From: an uncultured virus (IMG/VR IMGVR_UViG_3300028805_000098)
Taxonomy: Duplodnaviria > Heunggongvirae > Uroviricota > Caudoviricetes
Direction: 5' to 3' (one strand)
IMG/VR virus record: IMGVR_UViG_3300028805_000098
Span: 54,585-74,584 of that record
DNA: 20,000 nucleotides
Below are positions 5,912-13,996 of this stretch, piece by piece; positions within the stretch are counted from its first letter, which is position 1, and each line of letters opens with the position of its first letter. A model generated the notes under the pieces. That model saw nothing but the letters and a program-made list of their open reading frames with translations. It was not told the origin of the DNA and did not search any database. Both the position numbers and the translations under genes were made by a program.

Positions 5912-7312
5912 ATGCCTAAACTTTCTAGTGCTCAAAGAAAAGAACTCCCCGCAGATCAGTTCGGTCTTCCGGAAGATAGAGCTTTTCCAATGCCCGACGA
6001 AAATCACGTCCGTAGTGCGATTGCGTACTTCCATACATGCCCACCAAAAAAGCGTAAGCAATTAGCTGCGAATATAAACAGACTCGCCAAACAATACAAC
6101 ATGAAAGTCAAACTGAAGAAATATTCGGCATTTAAACCATACGCAGATAAAGATATTATCGCAGCAGAATCGTCTTCTATAGATTACTTAGAAGCCCCAA
6201 CCATCACAATGGAAGAAAAACACGTCATAATGAACGCGACTGATTATGCTGAAGGTGTGCTCACATTTGATAAATGGTCTAATATCTTCAGGAATCAACT
6301 GGTAGATCCAGCGCATCAACATCATTCATGTCAGTTTAGTGACAGATTAAATGACGCAATAAACCAAGCTATTAAGAAATCCGCTCAGAATTATCTCGAT
6401 AAAGATTATATTCTGAACGGACGATTTAACACCACAAGAATTTCGGATTACGTCTATGACACAGACCTGAAACTTTGCTACGACATAACCAGAAATTTTT
6501 TCTATACAAAATCGGTGTACGACGCCAATATGTTAGAAAAGATTCGGCGAGTTGCTAACAAAGATATGTTAATAAATGCATTTGGTGAAATCAAGAAGCA
6601 TATTGATGCTCCGATAATCACTAAGATGTGTGACGATATTGACTTTGTTATTAGACAAAGTAAACCGGATGATGACCAATGGCCACTCACTAGCGAATAT
6701 GACTGGCGAATGAAAGATGAACTTCTAAATCCAAGAGATTGGGCTACTAATGGAATTAATCTCAGTAATATGAATGATTTCGGTTTCTTAGCCAGACCTT
6801 CAAACTTTCGAAATTTCTCCGATGAAGAAATCCATCAATTCTTAAGCAATTATCGCATCGTCAATAAGATATGTGATATGGCTCTGTTAAACATGGTCGA
6901 AAATTTTGGATTCCCACCAATTAAAGAGGGAACCAGTGTTGCGCACGATGTATTGGAAATGGACCGCAGAGGCATCATAGACGGATATTACATATGTGGA
7001 GACAATGACGATATTGAGCGAGATACTGCATTCAAAGTAGCAGTGAAGATGAAAGATACGATATATATCCCGGTTCATGTGTATCGAGACGAAGAAAAGT
7101 CAATCGTAACTATGGTGAAAATGTTTGATAACGATGTTCACAAGAATTACTTCATTCATATATCTGACATTTTCTTACGTTCCAGAGAAAGAAAATTGCC
7201 GAAGATGCCTGTACGGAGAATCACATTCTACAGAACCAAAACGGTTTTGGAATCGACAATTGAAGGTATTTCTGTCAGTAGAACTGGAGAAATCGATTTA
7301 GACATATCTTAG
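5912..7312 (+). CDS. Protein with N-terminal DUF6582-like domain, possibly virion-associated
   Basis: N-terminus LSSAQRKELPADQFGLPEDRAFPMPDENHVRSAIAYF resembles DUF6582 as I recall it; late-type motif upstream. Confidence 0.75.
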   Translation: MPKLSSAQRKELPADQFGLPEDRAFPMPDENHVRSAIAYFHTCPPKKRKQLAANINRLAKQYNMKVKLKKYSAFKPYADKDIIAAESSSIDYLEAPTITMEEKHVIMNATDYAEGVLTFDKWSNIFRNQLVDPAHQHHSCQFSDRLNDAINQAIKKSAQNYLDKDYILNGRFNTTRISDYVYDTDLKLCYDITRNFFYTKSVYDANMLEKIRRVANKDMLINAFGEIKKHIDAPIITKMCDDIDFVIRQSKPDDDQWPLTSEYDWRMKDELLNPRDWATNGINLSNMNDFGFLARPSNFRNFSDEEIHQFLSNYRIVNKICDMALLNMVENFGFPPIKEGTSVAHDVLEMDRRGIIDGYYICGDNDDIERDTAFKVAVKMKDTIYIPVHVYRDEEKSIVTMVKMFDNDVHKNYFIHISDIFLRSRERKLPKMPVRRITFYRTKTVLESTIEGISVSRTGEIDLDIS

Positions 7313-7331
7313 AATCGAAAATATATATTAT
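7301..7331 (+). promoter_or_regulatory. Early-type promoter GACAT-N16-TATATATTAT
   Basis: Same 21-nt offset between GACAT (7301) and TATATATTAT (7322) as in all four leaders. Confidence 0.75.
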
Positions 7332-7334
7332 ATA

Positions 7335-7550
7335 GGTATAAGACGCAGTGAAATTAGTAGCTGCGACTTAAATCTAATAAATGTGGGGGGAGGTAAATGA
7401 AACGTAAAACCACCCTCCTGTTACTGAAAGGAGGTGACGACCATGGGTGACAATAGCACTTGTGGAACTCGCCGCTAATCAGTAGCAGCAGTTCAAAAAA
7501 CGGTTAAACCGGGGAGCAAATTCTATCAGATTGCTCCCCGGTTTTTTTTT
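7335..7550 (+). ncRNA. Candidate small structured transcript carrying two micro-ORFs (7397-7450, 17 aa; 7443-7478, 11 aa)
   Basis: Lies between a promoter and a strong terminator, has several hairpins and two strong SD sequences, and has no long ORF. Confidence 0.5.
7506..7550 (+). terminator. Strong intrinsic terminator between convergent units
   Basis: AAACCGGGGAGCAA-attctatcaga-TTGCTCCCCGGTTT plus T tract. Confidence 0.9.
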
Positions 7551-7567
7551 CTCGTTTTAATCCCAAA

Positions 7568-8077
7568 TTACTTAGAGGTAAGTTCGTCCGCCTTAGGCTT
7601 ATTTTTTTTGGTACTCATAAGACCTCCAGCGTCATTACCATTCCTTTTAGAATCGGCTTCAGCCTTACCTCCAGCCGCTGATACGGTAATCTTATTCTCA
7701 ACGACGGCAGTCTCAACTTTAACCGATTCTTTTTCAGCAGGTTTTTCAGTTTTTGCTTCAGGCGCAGGAGTTTCGACTTTGGCATTTTTCTTCGGCAGAG
7801 GCTTAATATCTTCATCAGGTTTCTTAACCTTTTTAAGACCTTCACCACCATCGCCATTGATGTCGACATTGTAGTTCGAAAGACTGAGTTTAACTTCAGA
7901 CTTATTATTCAGAATTTCCGTAACGTGATAACCCTTTTGCAAGAGAATCGCAATCGTTTTAACGGTCATAATCTGAGGAAGAGTGGGTCCATAGATTCCA
8001 CCGAGCGGCATAATCGGACCACGATCTGTAACTTTTACAAGTTTCTTGTCTACGAATGTAGTCATATCAGTTTCCAT
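7568..8077 (-). CDS. Hypothetical protein with globular N-terminus and Lys/Glu/Ala-rich C-terminal tail
   Basis: Third gene of a compact minus-strand operon; start chosen from GAAAGGA spacing (8086 and 8065 are alternatives). Confidence 0.75.
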   Translation of the reverse strand: METDMTTFVDKKLVKVTDRGPIMPLGGIYGPTLPQIMTVKTIAILLQKGYHVTEILNNKSEVKLSLSNYNVDINGDGGEGLKKVKKPDEDIKPLPKKNAKVETPAPEAKTEKPAEKESVKVETAVVENKITVSAAGGKAEADSKRNGNDAGGLMSTKKNKPKADELTSK

Positions 8078-8092
8078 TAGTTTCATCCTTTC

Positions 8093-8419
8093 TTAAACTT
8101 CTTCAGTGGGCGGTATATACGCCTCGCAACATTCTTCCACTGACATATCTTTCTCGTTACCCTGTTCGTCGCGACCACGAATAATTCCTTGAATAATCGC
8201 TTCATTATCCAAATCGATGTCGGATTCGGGAAGAGCATCGATCAACTTGCCAATATCTTCATCGCAGTAATCGTCGTCTTCATGCCAACATTCCGGAGCA
8301 TCGCATTCTTCGAGCATGATATCTCTCTGAGGTGCGCGTTCAATAGCATCAAGGACAAATCCTTCAAACGAAGCATCTGCCTTTTTAGTTGCCAATTGTG
8401 AACGTAATGTCTTAAGCAT
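8093..8419 (-). CDS. Small acidic hypothetical protein
   Basis: GGAGG RBS 8 nt before the ATG at 8419 (MLKTLRSQ...); tightly packed operon. Confidence 0.75.
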   Translation of the reverse strand: MLKTLRSQLATKKADASFEGFVLDAIERAPQRDIMLEECDAPECWHEDDDYCDEDIGKLIDALPESDIDLDNEAIIQGIIRGRDEQGNEKDMSVEECCEAYIPPTEEV

Positions 8420-8437
8420 CTCAAATTCCTCCATTCT

Positions 8438-9748
8438 TCAGTGTGAGATTTTAAGTTTTTGTCGAAGCTGTTCATTCTCAACATAATTATTGTTTGTCTT
8501 GGTAACAGACTTCTTGTATTGATAAAGAATGTACAGGAATAGAGGTATCAAGACATAATCCAAGTATGTGGGTCTAACGCGAATTTTGTCATTGAAATTA
8601 CCTAAAAGTTTTCCTACACTTTCAATATCATTATTGATGTATTTCACCAAGACATTGTAGATCAAATTTGTGGTATCAACGTTTCCATTAGAGCAGATTG
8701 CTTCAAACAAATCTTGAGGTATTAACGGATGAATCTGTCTACCAAATGGATTTATATGTCGTTCACTTATCGTTATTCCGGAAGTGTCAAAATCTCCATA
8801 GAACTGGAATATTGAATCGGTGAAAGTGGGAATAGTATCATAATACCGCATAAATCTTGGTGATTGAATCAATTCCAAATCTTTGTTAATGACAACCGAT
8901 TGAATTGAGTTTGCGTTATAGAAGAACTCAAATTCCGGTCTGGTTTCTACATAGAACTTATAATTCCAAAAGTTTCTTGGATTCTGAGCAAATATCGATT
9001 GCTCATTACAGAAGTAATTCACATAAGCATCATACAGCATATTGTAACCATGTGGATTCTTAACCATCAACGCATTATATTTCTCATTATAGAAGAAAGT
9101 GAGATATTTCCTTGATAATTCATCTGCCATTTTCTGGAGCTTATTAGTAATATCATAATTCTCTTCCTTTATGAGAAATGCGTCTTGTGTTCCATAATTG
9201 TCGTAAACGCAAATGAATGTGTCGTTTACCTTCTTAAGATAATCCTCGTAATAATAACCATTATCGACACCTTTTACCACAAAATTAATCTTGTAATAGT
9301 TCTTCGCAAGAATTGTGTCGTAATGAATTTCGATTACACGGAAAAACCATTTCTTTCCAAGAGCTGTTGCAATAAATGCATCATCCGGTAACGGAGTTAT
9401 AGTTTGTGGAAGAATTATTGCCTCACCCTCGTAGTTTGTCTGTAAACCAACATCATCATTATCTTCGATATCGAGAAGAATCTGCTCGAGACCAAACAGA
9501 GGAAAATCTTTAATGAGATTGTATCTGAACGGTGAGCTGTCTCCAGTCAATTTATCAATGTTTAACAAACCGGTATCTTCCGTAGTTAATGCTTTAACTA
9601 TGTGAAAGTATTCAGTGAATATTGGAAGTTCACTGAGATATTTCGCATACTGGCTATGGACTTTCTGCTCGAACTCAGAATGATTATCATGATAAATTTG
9701 CTTCTCAAAACCTGTTCCGAACATCTGTCCTCGTAATAATTGACCCAT
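8438..9748 (-). CDS. Putative jumbo-phage virion structural protein (436 aa)
   Basis: Long ORF with AAGGTGA RBS and late motif; SPFRYNLIKDFPLFG...EGEAIILPQTITPLPDD resembles structural proteins of large myophages (from recall, unverified). Confidence 0.65.
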   Translation of the reverse strand: MGQLLRGQMFGTGFEKQIYHDNHSEFEQKVHSQYAKYLSELPIFTEYFHIVKALTTEDTGLLNIDKLTGDSSPFRYNLIKDFPLFGLEQILLDIEDNDDVGLQTNYEGEAIILPQTITPLPDDAFIATALGKKWFFRVIEIHYDTILAKNYYKINFVVKGVDNGYYYEDYLKKVNDTFICVYDNYGTQDAFLIKEENYDITNKLQKMADELSRKYLTFFYNEKYNALMVKNPHGYNMLYDAYVNYFCNEQSIFAQNPRNFWNYKFYVETRPEFEFFYNANSIQSVVINKDLELIQSPRFMRYYDTIPTFTDSIFQFYGDFDTSGITISERHINPFGRQIHPLIPQDLFEAICSNGNVDTTNLIYNVLVKYINNDIESVGKLLGNFNDKIRVRPTYLDYVLIPLFLYILYQYKKSVTKTNNNYVENEQLRQKLKISH

Positions 9749-9775
9749 TTCTTCACCTTCTTTCTGTGTAGTGTA

Positions 9776-9788
9776 TTATCGCTTTGTC
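9776..9788 (-). promoter_or_regulatory. Putative late promoter GACA-N6-TAA
   Basis: Minus strand reads GACA AAGCGA TAA about 28 nt before the ATG at 9748. Confidence 0.65.
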
Positions 9789-9951
9789 TTCAGCCCAAAT
9801 CAGCCGATATTCACATCAGAATACACGCAATGATTCGATGTATATATCTTGACCAGTACATTTTTAATGAAATTTTAATAATTGGTTTGGTGTAACTCAA
9901 ATATTGCTTGATTTAAGCAAAATAAGATACGGTTATTTCCTAAAAGCTGCG

Positions 9952-9964
9952 GACATAGTGGTAA
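9952..9964 (+). promoter_or_regulatory. Putative late promoter GACA-N6-TAA
   Basis: GACA TAGTGG TAA upstream of the AAGGAGG RBS. Confidence 0.65.
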
Positions 9965-9991
9965 ACTCAATCTCAAAGGAGGAATCCACTA

Positions 9992-11038
9992 ATGTATACT
10001 AAACATCTAATCGCGGCGATCTGTGTAACTGGTGCGATGCTGATTGGAGCCGGAATCAATCACAACTTCTTCAATCCTCGAGTCAATCCGGCGACAGATG
10101 AACAGATTGTTCAGACAAACGTTGCGGAAGCGGAACCCCTTGTAGAAATAGACAAATTTGCAGACTTGGTTTGCGTCTCTACACAAGATGTTCCGATGTA
10201 TGCCGAACCCGATTCTTCGGCTCGACTCATTGGCACGCTTCCTAGTGGTACTGCTATCTCGGTCAGCCCCATTAATCCACAATGGGGAGTAGCTGGCGAA
10301 TACAGAGCGTACTGCGAACTTGACAAATTTGAGAAGCCTTCGACAGAAAAAATCGTCGGCGTGTTATTCACTCGAAACGAACTCGACGCGATATGTTACA
10401 AACAGCCTGCTGAAGACGACAAACCGATACAATTAGACAAGTACAATACATACGAGATTGTTCCGTTAATCTACAACAGCAACTTCTATTGCATCGGCGA
10501 AGCAGCATATATTGAAAAACGATTCGTTAAAGTCGATTACTATCCCAGTTCGTATTACTATGAACACGTCAAACCGTTTCTTAGCAGTGGCAAAATCGAA
10601 CATTACAGAGTCAACCTTATTCCACCGGTTTATCCGCTTTCAGACGTAATAACCGAACGATGTGGATTGAGTATGGATGAACTGGAATCGATTGTTGCCG
10701 GAACCGGTCTCGAAGGGTTAGGTCATGTGTTCTACGAAATGGAATCCACATACGGAGTCAATGCCGTATTTGCTTTGGCTGTTGCACAACTCGAAAGCGG
10801 TCATGGGACTTCATTTATGGCGTTGAATGATAATAACCTTTTCGGAATGATGGGATTAAGTTACAGCTCGAAAAAAGAAAATATCGATGCATTCGGGCAA
10901 CTTATCAATGAGTGTTATTTTGCACGCGGCTTAGATACGGTCAGTTCGATCAACCCCGTCTACTGCCCGGATAACTATAACTGGGCTCCGCAAGTTAGGT
11001 CACTTATGGAAAGAAATTTTGCAAAAGTCAACAGATAA
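9992..11038 (+). CDS. Exported or anchored peptidoglycan hydrolase: SH3-like domain plus glucosaminidase (GH73-like)
   Basis: N-terminal hydrophobic segment; VPMYAEPDSSARLIGTLPSGTAISV SH3b-like segment; YGVNAVFALAVAQLESGHGTS...NNLFG...YCP. Confidence 0.85.
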   Translation: MYTKHLIAAICVTGAMLIGAGINHNFFNPRVNPATDEQIVQTNVAEAEPLVEIDKFADLVCVSTQDVPMYAEPDSSARLIGTLPSGTAISVSPINPQWGVAGEYRAYCELDKFEKPSTEKIVGVLFTRNELDAICYKQPAEDDKPIQLDKYNTYEIVPLIYNSNFYCIGEAAYIEKRFVKVDYYPSSYYYEHVKPFLSSGKIEHYRVNLIPPVYPLSDVITERCGLSMDELESIVAGTGLEGLGHVFYEMESTYGVNAVFALAVAQLESGHGTSFMALNDNNLFGMMGLSYSSKKENIDAFGQLINECYFARGLDTVSSINPVYCPDNYNWAPQVRSLMERNFAKVNR

Positions 11039-11059
11039 AAGGAATCGCTAATCTATTAT

Positions 11060-11098
11060 AAATGCAGTCACAACTAACTATAGGAGTGGCTGTATTTT
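11060..11098 (+). terminator. Hairpin, probable terminator
   Basis: AAATGCAGTCAC pairs with GTGGCTGTATTT (G-U wobbles consistent with the + strand). Confidence 0.55.
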
Positions 11099-11113
11099 AA
11101 CGCGATTTCTAAG

Positions 11114-11123
11114 TATATATTAT
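11114..11123 (+). promoter_or_regulatory. Early-type promoter TATATATTAT (no upstream GACAT)
   Basis: AAGTATATATTAT context identical to leader copies 1 and 2. Confidence 0.7.
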
Positions 11124-11167
11124 AAACTCGGTTACGACCACAAATTAAAGAAGGAGGCGCATTACTC

Positions 11168-12055
11168 ATGGAAGTAAGCAGCGAGGAAATTCGCTTGTAC
11201 CGTGCAGTCGGCGAAGAAAGCACGGTCAAATCGGCAGCGAGCAAATTGCCCGATCCGTTTGAAGACAACGACGAATTCGAAAAAGAAGAGGAGGCAGAGC
11301 CGGTGGTTAAACCTGAACCTACTCCGAAACCCAAGCAGCAAGTACATCAACCGCGTCAACAACAGCGCGAACAGCGTCAGCCGAATCCGCAACCGCAACG
11401 TCCGAAAGACGGAGGTGGTAAACCTTTCACTCGTCCACAATCCGACGTGAGCGATCCGAATGGTTTGTATAACTACGAAGGCGGATGTGTCATTGGGAAC
11501 CGCGCGAACGACAATCGTCTCGGACTCGATCCCAGTGGGTCGATCTTCACGTTCACGAGTCGCGACATTTCGACGTATTTCGAAAAATACTTCGAGCATC
11601 ACGGTTACCGCTACATCTATTTCGGGGATGGCGCTGCAGTACTGAACGACATTCCCAAGATGTATCTCATCTTTCCGAAGATGGAACATCTTGTCGTGAA
11701 TGGTCGCTCGGCTAACGACATCGAACTCGAATTGCTCGGCGGCAAAGCGCGTGGCGCACACGTTCGTTTGGATGCAAAATTGAAAGAGCTTGTCAAACCG
11801 TTTGTCGATACGAGCAAACTCGTAGTGAACGAGTCTCAGAAACGCGACAAAAACGGCAGAGCATTTTGCTATATCGAACTCAACCCGGACGCCGTTCTGA
11901 GTGCGCTGTTCTTGCACAACAGAGCTTACCGTGTCATTCTGCTCGATACAGCTCAGCAAGGCAGCAATGTGATGTACCGAGTCGCACGTTTGCGCGAACT
12001 CGGCAATGGCGGCAGTGACATCCGCGAAATCATCGAACACATCACGACGAAATAA
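11168..12055 (+). CDS. Hypothetical early protein with acidic and Pro/Gln-rich disordered N-terminus
   Basis: AAGGAGG RBS, early motif upstream, hairpin downstream; GC-richer codons. Confidence 0.85.
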   Translation: MEVSSEEIRLYRAVGEESTVKSAASKLPDPFEDNDEFEKEEEAEPVVKPEPTPKPKQQVHQPRQQQREQRQPNPQPQRPKDGGGKPFTRPQSDVSDPNGLYNYEGGCVIGNRANDNRLGLDPSGSIFTFTSRDISTYFEKYFEHHGYRYIYFGDGAAVLNDIPKMYLIFPKMEHLVVNGRSANDIELELLGGKARGAHVRLDAKLKELVKPFVDTSKLVVNESQKRDKNGRAFCYIELNPDAVLSALFLHNRAYRVILLDTAQQGSNVMYRVARLRELGNGGSDIREIIEHITTK

Positions 12056-12080
12056 AATCTGACAAGGAAACACACGTTAA

Positions 12081-12111
12081 GGGCGGGAACCTTTCCCGCC
12101 CAATATTTTTT
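12081..12111 (+). terminator. Hairpin terminator
   Basis: GGGCGGGAA-cct-TTCCCGCCC, then aatatttttt. Confidence 0.7.
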
Positions 12112-12130
12112 ATCTGAAGAAGGGATTGAA

Positions 12131-13261
12131 ATGATTTCAAGTTCATCTGAAACGATTGATAAGATATTCAATGCTCACAAGATTAAGTTCGAAAAAATGA
12201 ATCTTCTATTTGGTTCTGTTGGTATTAGAGAAGTAATAGATCGAGTAAATATATTCATCAATCTCGAATCAATTATTCATTGCATACATAACCAAACCGT
12301 AGAAGAATTCATTCTTTCTATGGATAAAACTGAAACCAAGAACTTTCATTTTTCCATTATCAGTAACATTCTGAATCTTGCCGGGCATTATCGTCGATTC
12401 TTTACCAAAAACAGAATCAAGACTAATATCGTTCTATTCATGAATGAATACGATAAATACACGACACTGAATAATACGATGTTTCTTAAACACTATCGCG
12501 AGAGATTCATTTACGATTACACCGACAATCCAAACTACGAGGCAACTAATATGGTTCTGGAGTCTGTCATCAAAGCTCTCAGAACCATAGTGGGTTATGT
12601 GGAAGGTGTATATTTGGTAACATCAAATAGACTCGAAAGTTCTCTCGTTCCTCTGTTGTTATGCAACTCTAAAGCACTCGATGGTCAATTGAATATTTTG
12701 ATAACCAGAGACGAATACGATTTGCAATACGTCAACAAGAACTTCTTGGTTATGTATCCAAAAGGTGACGAAAGTTACATAGTAACCAAAGAGAATCTTT
12801 TTACCATCATCAGAGAGAAACACGATATAAAGAATTCACACAAACTTCCTGCATACCTGATTACTTTCATTCTTGCCATAGTTGGAGATAAACGTCGCGG
12901 TATCGGAAAGATCAAAGGTTGTGGATGGAAAACCATATACAAGAGATTACACAAATTGTTCAAAGAGCTGGATATAAGTGAAGCTGAAATAATTGGATTA
13001 GAACACCTTATAATGGCAATCAAAGACGGTCCTAATGATGATAACAAAGAGCGAATTGCTAACAGTATCATGTGCGTCGATTTAGACAGACAACTTGGCA
13101 TGGTCTCAGAACCGCAACAACTCAACATAACGAAACAGCTTGTGGATAAGTATGAGAATGACGCATTGAAAAATCTGAATTCTAAATATTTCGAGATGAG
13201 TCCAATTAATGTCGTCGAACTGAATCAATATTCTGCACGTTCGAAAAAATCATTATTTTAA
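12131..13261 (+). CDS. FEN/5'-3' exonuclease (T4 RNase H/PolA N-terminal)-like protein, degenerate
   Basis: Helix-3-turn-helix motif AIVGDKRRGIGKIKGCGWKTIYKRL; ILITRDEYDLQYV matches the I.S.D.D..Q motif. Confidence 0.7.
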   Translation: MISSSSETIDKIFNAHKIKFEKMNLLFGSVGIREVIDRVNIFINLESIIHCIHNQTVEEFILSMDKTETKNFHFSIISNILNLAGHYRRFFTKNRIKTNIVLFMNEYDKYTTLNNTMFLKHYRERFIYDYTDNPNYEATNMVLESVIKALRTIVGYVEGVYLVTSNRLESSLVPLLLCNSKALDGQLNILITRDEYDLQYVNKNFLVMYPKGDESYIVTKENLFTIIREKHDIKNSHKLPAYLITFILAIVGDKRRGIGKIKGCGWKTIYKRLHKLFKELDISEAEIIGLEHLIMAIKDGPNDDNKERIANSIMCVDLDRQLGMVSEPQQLNITKQLVDKYENDALKNLNSKYFEMSPINVVELNQYSARSKKSLF

Positions 13262-13284
13262 GGAGGGGTTTAGTTCCCTCCTTT
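13260..13284 (+). terminator. Hairpin terminator
   Basis: AAGGAGGG-gtttagtt-CCCTCCTT-T. Confidence 0.65.
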
Positions 13285-13331
13285 GTTATCTATCTTTTTC
13301 ATGTATTATAGCAATATACCTAATTTTCCGA

Positions 13332-13453
13332 TCTGACATCGCCCCCACCTATGAATATATATTATCGTGGTGTATGAGAGTTTAGTAGGAGTTCTCTTGT
13401 ACTAAATTGACGAAAACCTACGATCCACATCTTTAAGGAGGATGTTTATCATG
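13332..13453 (+). repeat. Cassette leader copy 3
   Basis: 92 bp identical to copy 1, 9 kb away; also shares ATCTGACATCGCCC. Confidence 0.95.
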
Positions 13454-13879
13454 GAAAAGACTTCGGCAATCGCAATCGCAACGTTCGCAATGTTGAATGG
13501 TTTTGTCGACCTGCACGACAACAAAGCCAAACAACTCGATGTTGCAATCATTGCGGAAAACGACAACGGCAACTGGTTCCCCTGCTTCGCCACGAGAAAA
13601 GCGCGTTACTTCAGCGTCAACCCTCTCTGGAAAAGCAAAGGACAGGTAACACTGTCCAAAGCGGCTTTGGGACCGGTCGTTGACATGCGCGTTGATTCGC
13701 TGGAAACAGCGATCGAGAAACTCAACGCGTTTTATGCGACCCCGTCAATCGACAACGGTTTCGAACGCTGGTATTTCGAACTCGTCGAAAAACCGGTTGT
13801 TAAAACCCGCTTTGAAAAAATGATTGACGATTTCAACAATTCGCAAAAATTGATCCACATCAATCTCGTCGAAGCTTAA
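13451..13879 (+). CDS. Hypothetical early protein (142 aa)
   Basis: Leader and RBS with start at the second ATG; 3' hairpin follows. Confidence 0.85.
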   Translation: MEKTSAIAIATFAMLNGFVDLHDNKAKQLDVAIIAENDNGNWFPCFATRKARYFSVNPLWKSKGQVTLSKAALGPVVDMRVDSLETAIEKLNAFYATPSIDNGFERWYFELVEKPVVKTRFEKMIDDFNNSQKLIHINLVEA

Positions 13880-13883
13880 AACC

Positions 13884-13953
13884 AAAAAGAGTCCGCGCCG
13901 TATTACGGTATCGGACGCCGCATTCAACAAATGCGGTGCGGATTCTTTTTCCC
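13884..13953 (+). terminator. Long bistable hairpin terminator (family member 2)
   Basis: AAAAAGAGTCCGCGCCGTATT pairs with AATGCGGTGCGGATTCTTTTT. Confidence 0.8.
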
Positions 13954-13996
13954 AAAATTTATGCTCTCTAACTTTTTTGTAAAGGAGGAGATTTGA

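Noticed and set aside
9841..9940. Degenerate early promoter TATATATCTT and weak hairpins (TTGCTT...AAGCAA)
   Set aside because: Mismatched motif, no GACAT at the conserved offset, and AT-rich stems of this kind are expected by chance.
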